This document shows, in pieces, positions 56,009 through 64,000 of a stretch of 64,000 nucleotides of DNA. The stretch comes from Gammaproteobacteria bacterium. GTDB lineage: Bacteria; Pseudomonadota; Gammaproteobacteria; Eutrophobiales; Eutrophobiaceae. Below the pieces are notes generated by a model. The model was given only the letters and a program-made list of their open reading frames with translations, was not told the DNA's origin and made no database searches. The translations under genes and the position numbers were made by a program. Numbering within the stretch: position 1 is the first letter of the stretch; each line of letters starts with the position of its first letter. The DNA lies in NCBI GenBank assembly GCA_965116495.1, contig OZ220696.1:320001-384000 (forward strand), given 5' to 3'.

Positions 56009-58276
56009 ATGAAGGGGAACCATGTCCCCGTCCTGAAAGATCTGGTGCTGGTAGGCGGTGGGCATGCTCACGTCACCGTGTTGAAAAAGCTGGGCATGAA
56101 ACCCATGCCGGGTGTACGCGTGACGTTGATTTGCCGGGATTTGCAGGCGCCATATTCCGGCATGTTGCCGGGGTTGATTGCCGGACACTATACGTTTGAC
56201 GAAGCGCATATTGACCTGGTTCCCTTATGCCGGTTTGCCGGCGCGCGGTTTTTTCACGATGAAGTGGTTGGCCTGGACACGGAAAATAAAAGGCTGCTCT
56301 GCCGTGACCGGCCGGACCTGGGTTACGACGTGCTGTCAATTAACGTCGGCTCAGCCCCTGATATCTCTGCCGTCCCCGGCGCTGTTGCCAATGTAACGCC
56401 GGTCAAGCCCATCGATGGTTTTGTCGACAACTGGCGCAGCCTGTGTGAGCGGATATTGACACGCCGGGGTGGTGTGCGGATCGGCATCGTCGGCGCGGGA
56501 GCGGGCGGCGTTGAGTTGACGCTTGCGGTGCAGTACCGGCTGAAACAGCTACTGGCCGGGAAATGGCCGGACAACGCCGACCCAGAATTTCACCTGTTTA
56601 CCGATGCCGCTGATGTCCTGGTCACACATAATCGATTTGTGCGCGCCAAATTTCGACGCGTTCTTGCCGAGCGGGATATCAACGTCCATACGGGACACGA
56701 GGTGGTCGAAGTCCGGCCCGGCGCGCTGCAATGCGCCAACGGCGCAACCTTTAACCTGGATGAGATCCTGTGGGTGACCATGGCCCGTGCCCAGCCGTGG
56801 CCGGCAAAAGCCGGTCTTGATGTTGACGCACAGGGATTTATCAAGGTCAGCGATACGCTTGAGTCCGTGTCCCATCCGGACATCTTTGCGGCCGGCGATA
56901 TCGCCCACATGGTCAATCATCCCCGGCCCAAATCCGGCGTGTTTGCCGTTCGTCAGGGGCCGCCCCTGTCATTGAATGTCCGGCGCAGGTTACTGGGCCG
57001 GCGCCTGAAACCCTTTTTCCCGCAAAAAGAATTTCTCAGCCTGATTTCCACCGGGGATAAATATGCCGTCGCATCACGCTCCTGGTGGGCGCTGGAAGGA
57101 CACTGGGTGTGGCGCTGGAAAGACTGGATAGATCGCCGCTTCATGCGCAAGTTCAACCAGCTTCCGGATATGAAAGAACAGGTTCGGCAGGATATTCCAC
57201 GCGGTCTGGTTGACGAGGACGCGATCAGGGAGATATCTGCCATTGCCATGCGTTGTGGCGGCTGCGGTTCAAAGGTGGGCGCTACGGTGCTTGAAAACGC
57301 ACTGGCAGGCCTCGAACCGGTTTCCCGGGATGATGTGCTCATCGGCCTGCGCGAGCCTGATGATGCTGCCGTGGCGAGTGTGCCTGACGGTAAGGTAATG
57401 GTGCACACGGTCGATTCCTTTCGGTCGTTTCTCGATGATCCCTATATCTTCGGCCAGGTCGCGGTAAATCATGCGCTGAGTGATCTATACGCGATGGGTG
57501 CGGAACCACAAACGGCACTGGCTATCGTGACCGTCCCCTACGCGGATGAAAAGAAGGTTGAGGAACTGCTTGCGCAAATGCTGCAGGGCGCCCTCAAGGT
57601 ATTGAATGAGTCAGGCACCGCGCTGGTCGGCGGGCATACCAGCGAAGGGGAGGAGTTGTCCCTGGGTTTTTCCGTGAACGGCCTGATTGATCGTGACAAA
57701 ATCCTGCACAAGAGCGGCCTGCGCGCAGGCGATCGAATCCTGTTGACCAAGCCCATCGGTACCGGAACCCTGTTTGCTGCCGACATGCGTCACAAGGCAA
57801 AAGGGCCATGGATTACAGCCGCCCTGGACAGTATGCTGCAATCAAACCATGAAGCAGCGGGGTGCCTGTTCGCGCACGGGGCAACTGCGTGCACGGACGT
57901 GACCGGCTTCGGCCTGCTGGGACACCTGGTGGAAATGATTAAACCATCCCGCGTTGATGTCGAGATAGACCTGGGCGCTATCCCATTCCTGGACGGCGCG
58001 GAGGAGACGGTTGCAGCCGGCGTATTCAGTTCATTACAGCCCCAGAACCTGCGTTTGCGCCGCGCCATCCAGGATGTTGAAAGTGCATCAAGGGATCTGC
58101 GCTACCCGTTGATATTCGATCCGCAAACTTCAGGCGGACTGCTTGCCGGTGTCCCGGAAGAGCAGGCCGATGCCTGTCTCGGCGAATTGCGCAAGCTGGG
58201 CTACACCCGCACTGCGACTATCGGCAGGGTGCTGCAGGAGAGCGATCACCTGGAGCCGGTGAAGTTAGTATTCTGA
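56009..58276 (+). CDS. selD: Selenide, water dikinase (SelD/SenC) with N-terminal pyridine nucleotide-disulfide oxidoreductase domain
   Basis: N-terminal LVLVGGGHAH...YSGMLPG; C-terminal MRCGGCGSKV, DDAA, HALSDLYAMG, GGHT, TDVTGFGLLGH and DPQTSGGLL. Confidence 0.93.
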   Translation: MKGNHVPVLKDLVLVGGGHAHVTVLKKLGMKPMPGVRVTLICRDLQAPYSGMLPGLIAGHYTFDEAHIDLVPLCRFAGARFFHDEVVGLDTENKRLLCRDRPDLGYDVLSINVGSAPDISAVPGAVANVTPVKPIDGFVDNWRSLCERILTRRGGVRIGIVGAGAGGVELTLAVQYRLKQLLAGKWPDNADPEFHLFTDAADVLVTHNRFVRAKFRRVLAERDINVHTGHEVVEVRPGALQCANGATFNLDEILWVTMARAQPWPAKAGLDVDAQGFIKVSDTLESVSHPDIFAAGDIAHMVNHPRPKSGVFAVRQGPPLSLNVRRRLLGRRLKPFFPQKEFLSLISTGDKYAVASRSWWALEGHWVWRWKDWIDRRFMRKFNQLPDMKEQVRQDIPRGLVDEDAIREISAIAMRCGGCGSKVGATVLENALAGLEPVSRDDVLIGLREPDDAAVASVPDGKVMVHTVDSFRSFLDDPYIFGQVAVNHALSDLYAMGAEPQTALAIVTVPYADEKKVEELLAQMLQGALKVLNESGTALVGGHTSEGEELSLGFSVNGLIDRDKILHKSGLRAGDRILLTKPIGTGTLFAADMRHKAKGPWITAALDSMLQSNHEAAGCLFAHGATACTDVTGFGLLGHLVEMIKPSRVDVEIDLGAIPFLDGAEETVAAGVFSSLQPQNLRLRRAIQDVESASRDLRYPLIFDPQTSGGLLAGVPEEQADACLGELRKLGYTRTATIGRVLQESDHLEPVKLVF

Positions 58277-58350
58277 AGTCAAAGACTATTGTAGAAGGTT
58301 AAGATTAGGGGATAAGGGCACAAATCAAGCTTGGGTGGTATGTGTCGAGT

Positions 58351-59532
58351 TCATTGGGTATGATTGGCAAGCTCCCGCGCCATATCGCCTACACTGATTA
58401 CCTCAACGCTCTCTGTTTTCAGGTAGCGCTCCTGTCCGGAATAAACGATAAAGGAGCGTTCGGGTTTAATATCCGCTCGTGCGTGATAGAAGCCTTTTTC
58501 AAGCCGAGGCGCCAGGCCTCGCTTGATTTCAACAGCCCAGAAGTGACCGCCGGGCATTTCCAGAAGCAGGTCGATTTCTGCGCCTGCCGCGCTACGGTAG
58601 AAGCTCGCTCTTACCCGATCAGGGGCGTGGTTAAGAAGGTTTTCCAACACGAAACCTTCCCAGCTTCCGCCAGCAACGGGATGACCGAGTACACTTTCCT
58701 GGTTGTCCAGTCGCAGCAGCGCATGAACGATACCGCTATCACGCACGTAAATCTTCGGAGATTTGACCAGTCGTTTGCCAAAGTTTGCATGGAAAGGTGG
58801 TAAGCGTCGTACCAGCAGCAGGTCGACCATTAAATCGAGATAGCGCATTATGGTTTTTCCATCGACTGCAAGCGCGCGGGCAAGTTGCGCCGCGTTAAAC
58901 AGGCCACTTTGTAAGTGTGCCAGCATCGTCCAGAAGCGGCGCAAGGTTTCTGCCGGAATCCTGGGTCCCAGTTGAGGTACGTCGCGCTCAAGGTAAGTGC
59001 GGATGAAGCTCTCCCGCCATATGGCGCTGTCGGCATCGCTATCTGCCAGAAAACTGTTGGGAAAACCACCCCTGGTCCATAGTTTTCCGTAATCAACTTC
59101 GTCAACTTCAAGAACGTCCAGAGGGCTGAGTTCTACAAAGACAATGCGGCCGGCCAGAGTCTCACCTGATTGCTGCAGGAGGTCGATGGAGGCTGATCCC
59201 AATAGCAGGAAACGCCCTGCATTCAGATTTCTCATTCTTCCCTTATCTATCAGGCCGCGCAGTGCCTGAAACAGGTCAGGACTGCGCTGGACTTCATCCA
59301 GGATCACCAGTTTGTCTTCATGCGCTGTCAGGTACGCGACGGGGTCGGCAAGTTTTTCGCGGTCGTGTCCCGCTTCAAGATCAAGGTATATGGCTTCACG
59401 GTCCGTAAGACCCAGTTGCGCGATGTGCTCAGCCAGAGTTGTTTTACCGGTCTGGCGCGGACCGAGCAGGGCAACAGCCGGAAATTGTTTCAGGCGGGAT
59501 AATATTGTCTGTAGTTTATGGCGATTTATCAT
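58351..59532 (-). CDS. AAA_14/DUF4143 ATP-binding protein
   Basis: GPRQTGKT, LDEVQ, GETLAGR, RGGFP, KSPKIY.RDSG and EIDL motifs. Confidence 0.92.
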   Translation of the reverse strand: MINRHKLQTILSRLKQFPAVALLGPRQTGKTTLAEHIAQLGLTDREAIYLDLEAGHDREKLADPVAYLTAHEDKLVILDEVQRSPDLFQALRGLIDKGRMRNLNAGRFLLLGSASIDLLQQSGETLAGRIVFVELSPLDVLEVDEVDYGKLWTRGGFPNSFLADSDADSAIWRESFIRTYLERDVPQLGPRIPAETLRRFWTMLAHLQSGLFNAAQLARALAVDGKTIMRYLDLMVDLLLVRRLPPFHANFGKRLVKSPKIYVRDSGIVHALLRLDNQESVLGHPVAGGSWEGFVLENLLNHAPDRVRASFYRSAAGAEIDLLLEMPGGHFWAVEIKRGLAPRLEKGFYHARADIKPERSFIVYSGQERYLKTESVEVISVGDMARELANHTQ

Positions 59533-59571
59533 CCTTGCAATTATGGCATGTTATGCCGAATATGCAAGGAT
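59531..59571. promoter_or_regulatory. Inverted repeat over the ATPase start (possible operator)
   Basis: atccttgca-attat-ggcat...atgcc-gaata-tgcaaggat. Confidence 0.4.
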
Positions 59572-59643
59572 AAATCCGAGTCTCTCGTTAGAATTAAGGA
59601 GTATGGAAAATTGTCAGCAAATACGTGTTGTAAATACTTGTAT

Positions 59644-60594
59644 TCAAAGATTATCCAACAGGGTTTGCCACTGCCTGCTCTCCCGTTCCGGGGTGAACAG
59701 GTATTTGCGTTCGTTTCCATGCTCGTGCAGGCGTTGCAGGAAGTTTTGGTCGGTTTCCGCCCGTTGTAACAGGGCGCATAATCCCCCGGTGTTTTCTACC
59801 GGGTAATAACCGGGATAATCCTCACCGAGCAGGCCGACGTTGCCGTCGATATCTGAGGCGATGACGGGCACACCTGCTACCAGAGCCTCGGAAATGACGT
59901 TGGCGCCGCCTTCCATGATCGAGCTGTGCACCAGTGCGTGCGTCTTCAAAAACTGCTCTCTTACCTGCCAGACGCCGACCTCGCCGCGCCAGTGATAACG
60001 GGGGTTTATCTCCATCTCGGCGCGCGCCTGTGCGGCCCATTCGTCGTTATGGGCCTTGCCGAGATGGATCACGCGCAGGCGGGACTGTTCCGGCAAGGTC
60101 CGGGCGGCATAGGCAGCTCTGAACGGGTCTTTTTCCTCCCGTAAATGACCGACCACACAGACATCGAAGGTAAGTATTGACGGACTGCGTGCGCGTTTCA
60201 ACGGCACTGCCGATTGATGGATCACGTGCAGTTTCTCCCGGTATGGTTCCGGTATTGCCCGGTACACCAGGTCGTGCAGGCATACCAGTGCATCAGCCAT
60301 TTCCATGGAACGCAGGGTTTCCTCCGGATGGCTGTGCTGGAAGCGGTAGATATCCGTACCGCTCAGGGCAACCACCAGGGGGCGCCCGGGGAACTGTTGG
60401 CGGTATCGTGCTATCGATGGGGCGCTGCGCCACGCGTGTATCGCTACCATTATATCGCCCGGCGTCCCGTCCCAGTCGGATTGAACAGTTATCCTGTGGC
60501 CGATATGCCGTAACAGCCGCTCCCAACGGGTGGCGGTCACGCGATTTCCCGTTTTCGATTGTTTTTTTGCAGGGGTAATCAGGATGATCTTCAT
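59644..60594 (-). CDS. senB: Selenosugar synthase SenB (glycosyltransferase) of selenoneine biosynthesis
   Basis: MKIILITPA...GNRVTATRW, AIHAWRSA, SGTDIY, GHLREEKDP and MEGGANVISEA motifs; lies between selD and an EgtB homolog. Confidence 0.88.
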   Translation of the reverse strand: MKIILITPAKKQSKTGNRVTATRWERLLRHIGHRITVQSDWDGTPGDIMVAIHAWRSAPSIARYRQQFPGRPLVVALSGTDIYRFQHSHPEETLRSMEMADALVCLHDLVYRAIPEPYREKLHVIHQSAVPLKRARSPSILTFDVCVVGHLREEKDPFRAAYAARTLPEQSRLRVIHLGKAHNDEWAAQARAEMEINPRYHWRGEVGVWQVREQFLKTHALVHSSIMEGGANVISEALVAGVPVIASDIDGNVGLLGEDYPGYYPVENTGGLCALLQRAETDQNFLQRLHEHGNERKYLFTPERESRQWQTLLDNL

Positions 60595-60648
60595 ACTCTT
60601 ACTTTAAGCTACAATATTCATGATGCAACCCCCAAACAGAACAGGGCA

Positions 60649-60699
60649 GGGGACAGATTTAAGCATGCCCCTGCATGTAGTAAGCAGGGGTCTGTCCCC
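60649..60699. repeat. Expanded REP-like element between senB and senA
   Basis: ggggacaga...tctgtcccc arms enclosing cccctgc...gcagggg; flanked by catgatgcaac at 60619-60629 and 60731-60741. Confidence 0.6.
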
Positions 60700-60731
60700 G
60701 GGTGCTCTCCACACTTTAAGCGACAAAAACC

Positions 60732-62048
60732 ATGATGCAACAGGTAAGCAGTAATTATTTGAAGGAAATCATGACGGACGCCCATAGCAGGACCCTGGAA
60801 CTGGTCGCCGGCCTGGATAAAGAGCAACTGATTGGGCCGAAGTTGCCCATCGTCAATCCGTTACGCTGGGAGATCGGCCACGTGGCCTGGTTTCATGAAA
60901 AGTTCATCCTGCGCGACCTGTATGGCCGCGCCCCGCTGCTGGCAAACGGTGACGCCATCTATGATTCCATCGCCATCCATCATGAACAGCGCTGGGACCT
61001 ACCGTTGTTGAGCATGCAGGAGACGCTGGATTACATCGAGAACGTCCTCGATGACTGCCTGTCGCTGTTGCCGGACGGTGACGCGGACCCGGAGCAGAGT
61101 TACATATACCGGTTTTCCACCTACCATGAAGATATGCATACCGAGGCTTATTGCTGGTCGCGCCAGACCCTGGCCTATCCGAAGCCTTCGTTTGCAAATG
61201 CGCTGAGACCGGAAGATACGGATACCGGAGCCTGGCCCGGGGATGCGGCTGTCCCGGGAGGGGTATTTTTCCCGGGAGCTACCGAAACAACGCCGTTTGT
61301 CTTCGATAACGAAAAATGGGCGCATGAAGTAACCGTCGAACCGTTTCACATGGCAAAAGCGCCGGTCACCAACGCTGGGTTCATGGAATTTGTCAATGCG
61401 GGGGGGTATCGATGCCGGGAATTCTGGTGCGACGAAGGCTGGGCCTGGCGCGAGCAGGCAAATGCAGAACATCCGGTGTACTGGACTGCCGGTGAACGGG
61501 GAGAATGGCGGTTGAGGCGGTTTAATGAGACCGTGGAAATGCCGCTGCATCAACCTGTCATTCATGTTAACTGGTACGAGGCCGACGCGTATTGCCGCTG
61601 GGCAGGCAGGCGTTTGCCGACCGAAGTGGAGTGGGAAGCCGCAGCACTGGGCGAACCTGCGCAAGGCAATAGCAAACTTGCCTTGAACAAACGCAGCTAT
61701 CCATGGGGAGAACAGTCGCCGGATAGACGGCAGGCCAATCTTGATGGCCGTGCGCTGGGATGTATCGACGTGGCTGCCTTGCCTGCGGGGGACAGCGCGT
61801 TCGGCTGCCGGCAGATGATCGGCAACGTATGGGAATGGACCGCGACCACGTTTGCCCCGTTTTCCGGGTTCTCGCCGGATGCCTACAAGGAATACTCAGA
61901 GCCGCTGTTTTATGACACCAGGGTATTGAAAGGCGGCACCTGGGTAACCCGAAGCCGCATGATCACGGGCCGGTACCGTAATTTTTTCACCCCGGACCGG
62001 CGCGACGTGCTGGCAGGCTTCAGGACCTGCGCGCTTTCTTCAAATTAG
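60732..62048 (+). CDS. senA: Selenoneine synthase SenA (EgtB homolog; DinB plus FGE-sulfatase domains)
   Basis: NPLRWEIGHVAWF, HEDMHTE (SenA-type rather than EgtB HEQQHQE), FDNEK, RLPTEVEWE, GNVWEWT, YRNFF and GFR motifs. Confidence 0.85.
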   Translation: MMQQVSSNYLKEIMTDAHSRTLELVAGLDKEQLIGPKLPIVNPLRWEIGHVAWFHEKFILRDLYGRAPLLANGDAIYDSIAIHHEQRWDLPLLSMQETLDYIENVLDDCLSLLPDGDADPEQSYIYRFSTYHEDMHTEAYCWSRQTLAYPKPSFANALRPEDTDTGAWPGDAAVPGGVFFPGATETTPFVFDNEKWAHEVTVEPFHMAKAPVTNAGFMEFVNAGGYRCREFWCDEGWAWREQANAEHPVYWTAGERGEWRLRRFNETVEMPLHQPVIHVNWYEADAYCRWAGRRLPTEVEWEAAALGEPAQGNSKLALNKRSYPWGEQSPDRRQANLDGRALGCIDVAALPAGDSAFGCRQMIGNVWEWTATTFAPFSGFSPDAYKEYSEPLFYDTRVLKGGTWVTRSRMITGRYRNFFTPDRRDVLAGFRTCALSSN

Positions 62049-62270
62049 TTGCTATACGGCGCGGTCCTTTCAATGATCTTGAATACTATGATGTGCCTTC
62101 CGGCAAGAAGAAAAAAGTCCCGGTTGCATTCACACTCTGGGGCTCTCAATTTGAAGAAGGGACATTGTGCCGGATCGGTATATTAAAAAACTAATTTAAT
62201 ATTAATAAGTTAAGAAAGACATTGAATGTTCAATATTAGATATTTATCACCTTGAGGATTAAATTGGGGA

Positions 62271-63665
62271 ATGAACAGTGACAAGCAACACCTGAGAAGC
62301 CTGCCGTCGGTAGATCGCGTACTGCGCGAGACGGTCCATCTTACCGAACGATGGGGACATGAGCGTGTCACGGCGGCAATCCGCAATGAGCTTGAACAGA
62401 TGCGAAATAACCCGGAAGCGTTGGACACTGCCGACAAGACATCATCATTAAGCCATGTCGTGGCTGCCGTTGAAACTGAACTGGAAAATGCCGCGCAGAG
62501 CAGTCTGGTCAGCGTATTCAACCTAACCGGTACGGTATTGCATACGAACCTGGGCCGCGCATCACTCCCCGACAATGCATTGGAAGCGGTGCAGGTCGTG
62601 GCGCAGTCACCGTCCAACCTGGAATATGATTTGCAGACCGGGAAACGGGGCGATCGTGATGAACACGTCGAACGCCTTATCCGTGAACTGTGCGGCGTGG
62701 AAGCGGCAACGGTGGTGAACAACAATGCAGCCGCGGTACTGCTGGTGTTGAATACGCTGGCAAAGGGGTTGGAGGTCCTAGTTTCCCGGGGCGAACTGGT
62801 CGAGATCGGCGGTTCATTTCGCATCCCGGAGATCATGCAGAGTTCAGGATGTGTCCTGGTCGAGGTCGGTACGACCAACCGTACCCACCTGAAGGATTAT
62901 AAAAATGCCGTAAACGATAAAACAGCGTTGTTGCTCAAGGTACATGCGAGCAATTATCAGATCCAGGGCTTTACCCGCAGCGTTGCCGAATCAGAGCTGG
63001 CGCAATTAGCCCAACGCTACAGTTTGCCGTTTGTTGTCGATTTGGGCAGCGGTAACCTGGTCGACTTTCCCGCATTCAACCTGCCCGATGAACCCACCGT
63101 GGCGCACACGGTGAAGAACGGCGCGGATATCGTTACGTTCAGTGGCGACAAGCTGCTGGGCGGTCCCCAGTGTGGCATTATCGCCGGTAAACGGGAATTG
63201 ATAGCCAGGATCAAGAAGAACCCCATGAAACGGGCCCTGCGCGTCGACAAGATGACGCTGGCTGCCCTGTTGGAAGTATTCAGGCTCTATCAGGACCCGT
63301 CCCGGTTGGCGGAAAAACTGCCGACCCTTACATTCCTGACCCGGCCGGCTGCCGAGATACGCACCCAGGCAGGACGGCTTGCTCCCAAGGTAGCAGAAAC
63401 GTTGGCGCCCCGTTATGAAGTCGCGGTTAGCGAATGTCACAGCCAGGTGGGCAGCGGCGCACTGCCGGTTGATACGCTACCCAGCTATGGTTTAAGGATC
63501 GGCGCGGCGGATGAGTCGGATGAAGCGATCAGGCAACTGGCCGAGTCCATGCGCCGGCTGGCTGTACCGGTCATCGGCCGCATCAACAAGGGCGCCTATT
63601 TCCTGGACCTGCGGTGTCTGGATAGGGAGGAAGAATTTATTGCCCAGCTTGAACACATGAAATAA
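62271..63665 (+). CDS. selA: L-seryl-tRNA(Sec) selenium transferase
   Basis: NLTGTVLHTNLGRA, VNNNAAA, SRGELVEIGGSFRIP, GTTNRT and FSGDKLLGGPQ motifs. Confidence 0.96.
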   Translation: MNSDKQHLRSLPSVDRVLRETVHLTERWGHERVTAAIRNELEQMRNNPEALDTADKTSSLSHVVAAVETELENAAQSSLVSVFNLTGTVLHTNLGRASLPDNALEAVQVVAQSPSNLEYDLQTGKRGDRDEHVERLIRELCGVEAATVVNNNAAAVLLVLNTLAKGLEVLVSRGELVEIGGSFRIPEIMQSSGCVLVEVGTTNRTHLKDYKNAVNDKTALLLKVHASNYQIQGFTRSVAESELAQLAQRYSLPFVVDLGSGNLVDFPAFNLPDEPTVAHTVKNGADIVTFSGDKLLGGPQCGIIAGKRELIARIKKNPMKRALRVDKMTLAALLEVFRLYQDPSRLAEKLPTLTFLTRPAAEIRTQAGRLAPKVAETLAPRYEVAVSECHSQVGSGALPVDTLPSYGLRIGAADESDEAIRQLAESMRRLAVPVIGRINKGAYFLDLRCLDREEEFIAQLEHMK

Positions 63666-63844
63666 CGCCCTCCCGTTATTCTGGCTTACGCCCCTGTGGC
63701 TCCCGCGAAAGCCCGAATCCCGCGGGATAATGGATCGCTCCCGGCTTATTTTTTTGTTTTCCGAAGTAGAATTAGGGAAAATAAGATTTTACTTTCTCAG
63801 ATTTCAGACTATAGTACGGTTATCAGCAGTTGATAAGTTAATAC

Positions 63845-63907
63845 ATGGATACCACGGATATCGGCCTACAAGTACTGTTGGAGTTGAATGGCAAGAATAC
63901 AGTCTGA
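63845..63907 (+). pseudogene. Short remnant, possibly the N-terminus of a DUF6516-like toxin
   Basis: MDTTDIGLQVLLELNG followed soon by a stop; sits directly before a putative antitoxin/regulator. Confidence 0.3.
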
Positions 63908-63933
63908 TGTCTTTGATTGAAGAGGTAAAGATC

Positions 63934-64000
63934 ATGCCTAATTTGCACGTCGGTATTATGCCAAGAGAACGGTTTCAGCAGCGCGTATTGGACATTGCAG
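63934..64000 (+). CDS. Partial transcriptional regulator/antitoxin (runs off the right edge)
   Basis: RBS gagg then MPNLHVGIMPRERFQQRVLDIA. Confidence 0.45.
   Translation, partial: MPNLHVGIMPRERFQQRVLDIA

Noticed and set aside
57249-57280. Possible selenocysteine (UGA) in the SelD active site
   Set aside because: The codons are TGT/TGC (MRCGGCGSK); no in-frame TGA, and I saw no convincing UGA-readthrough gene elsewhere
63666-63760. GC-rich hairpins after selA as tRNA-Sec or a SECIS element
   Set aside because: No cloverleaf; more likely a degenerate REP or terminator ending in a T tract

Overview
Bacterial chromosomal region, probably from a free-living or host-associated gammaproteobacterium (inference from gene content). 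It is dominated by catabolic and scavenging modules. (1) 0.5-13 kb: a TonB-dependent receptor and a secreted M29/NicX-fold protein; an unusual operon of phenolic-acid decarboxylase subunit D, hydantoinase A, hydantoinase B fused to an acetone-carboxylase gamma-like Zn domain, and a UbiD decarboxylase; facing it, a LigA/LigB-type extradiol dioxygenase and a formamidase. (2) 13-40 kb: an arylsulfatase, two more TBDRs, MFS transporters, two amidohydrolases and a tandem array of hydantoinase/oxoprolinase genes (4 A and 5 B subunits in the whole window). (3) 40-45.5 kb: a fungal-type saccharopine dehydrogenase pair (LYS1/LYS9-like) whose second gene is split at its 5' end by a ~2.45 kb degenerate integrative element, followed by higBA and a tRNA-Ser 3'-end remnant. 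(4) Sarcosine oxidase soxBDAG, a fourth TBDR, an esterase, MarR and an LLM monooxygenase. (5) 56-63.7 kb: a selenium island with an oxidoreductase-SelD fusion, senB, senA (selenoneine biosynthesis) and selA. A family of ~25-bp palindromic REP-like elements is scattered through the window, one in frame inside soxA. All assignments come from motif recognition by eye; no searches were run.
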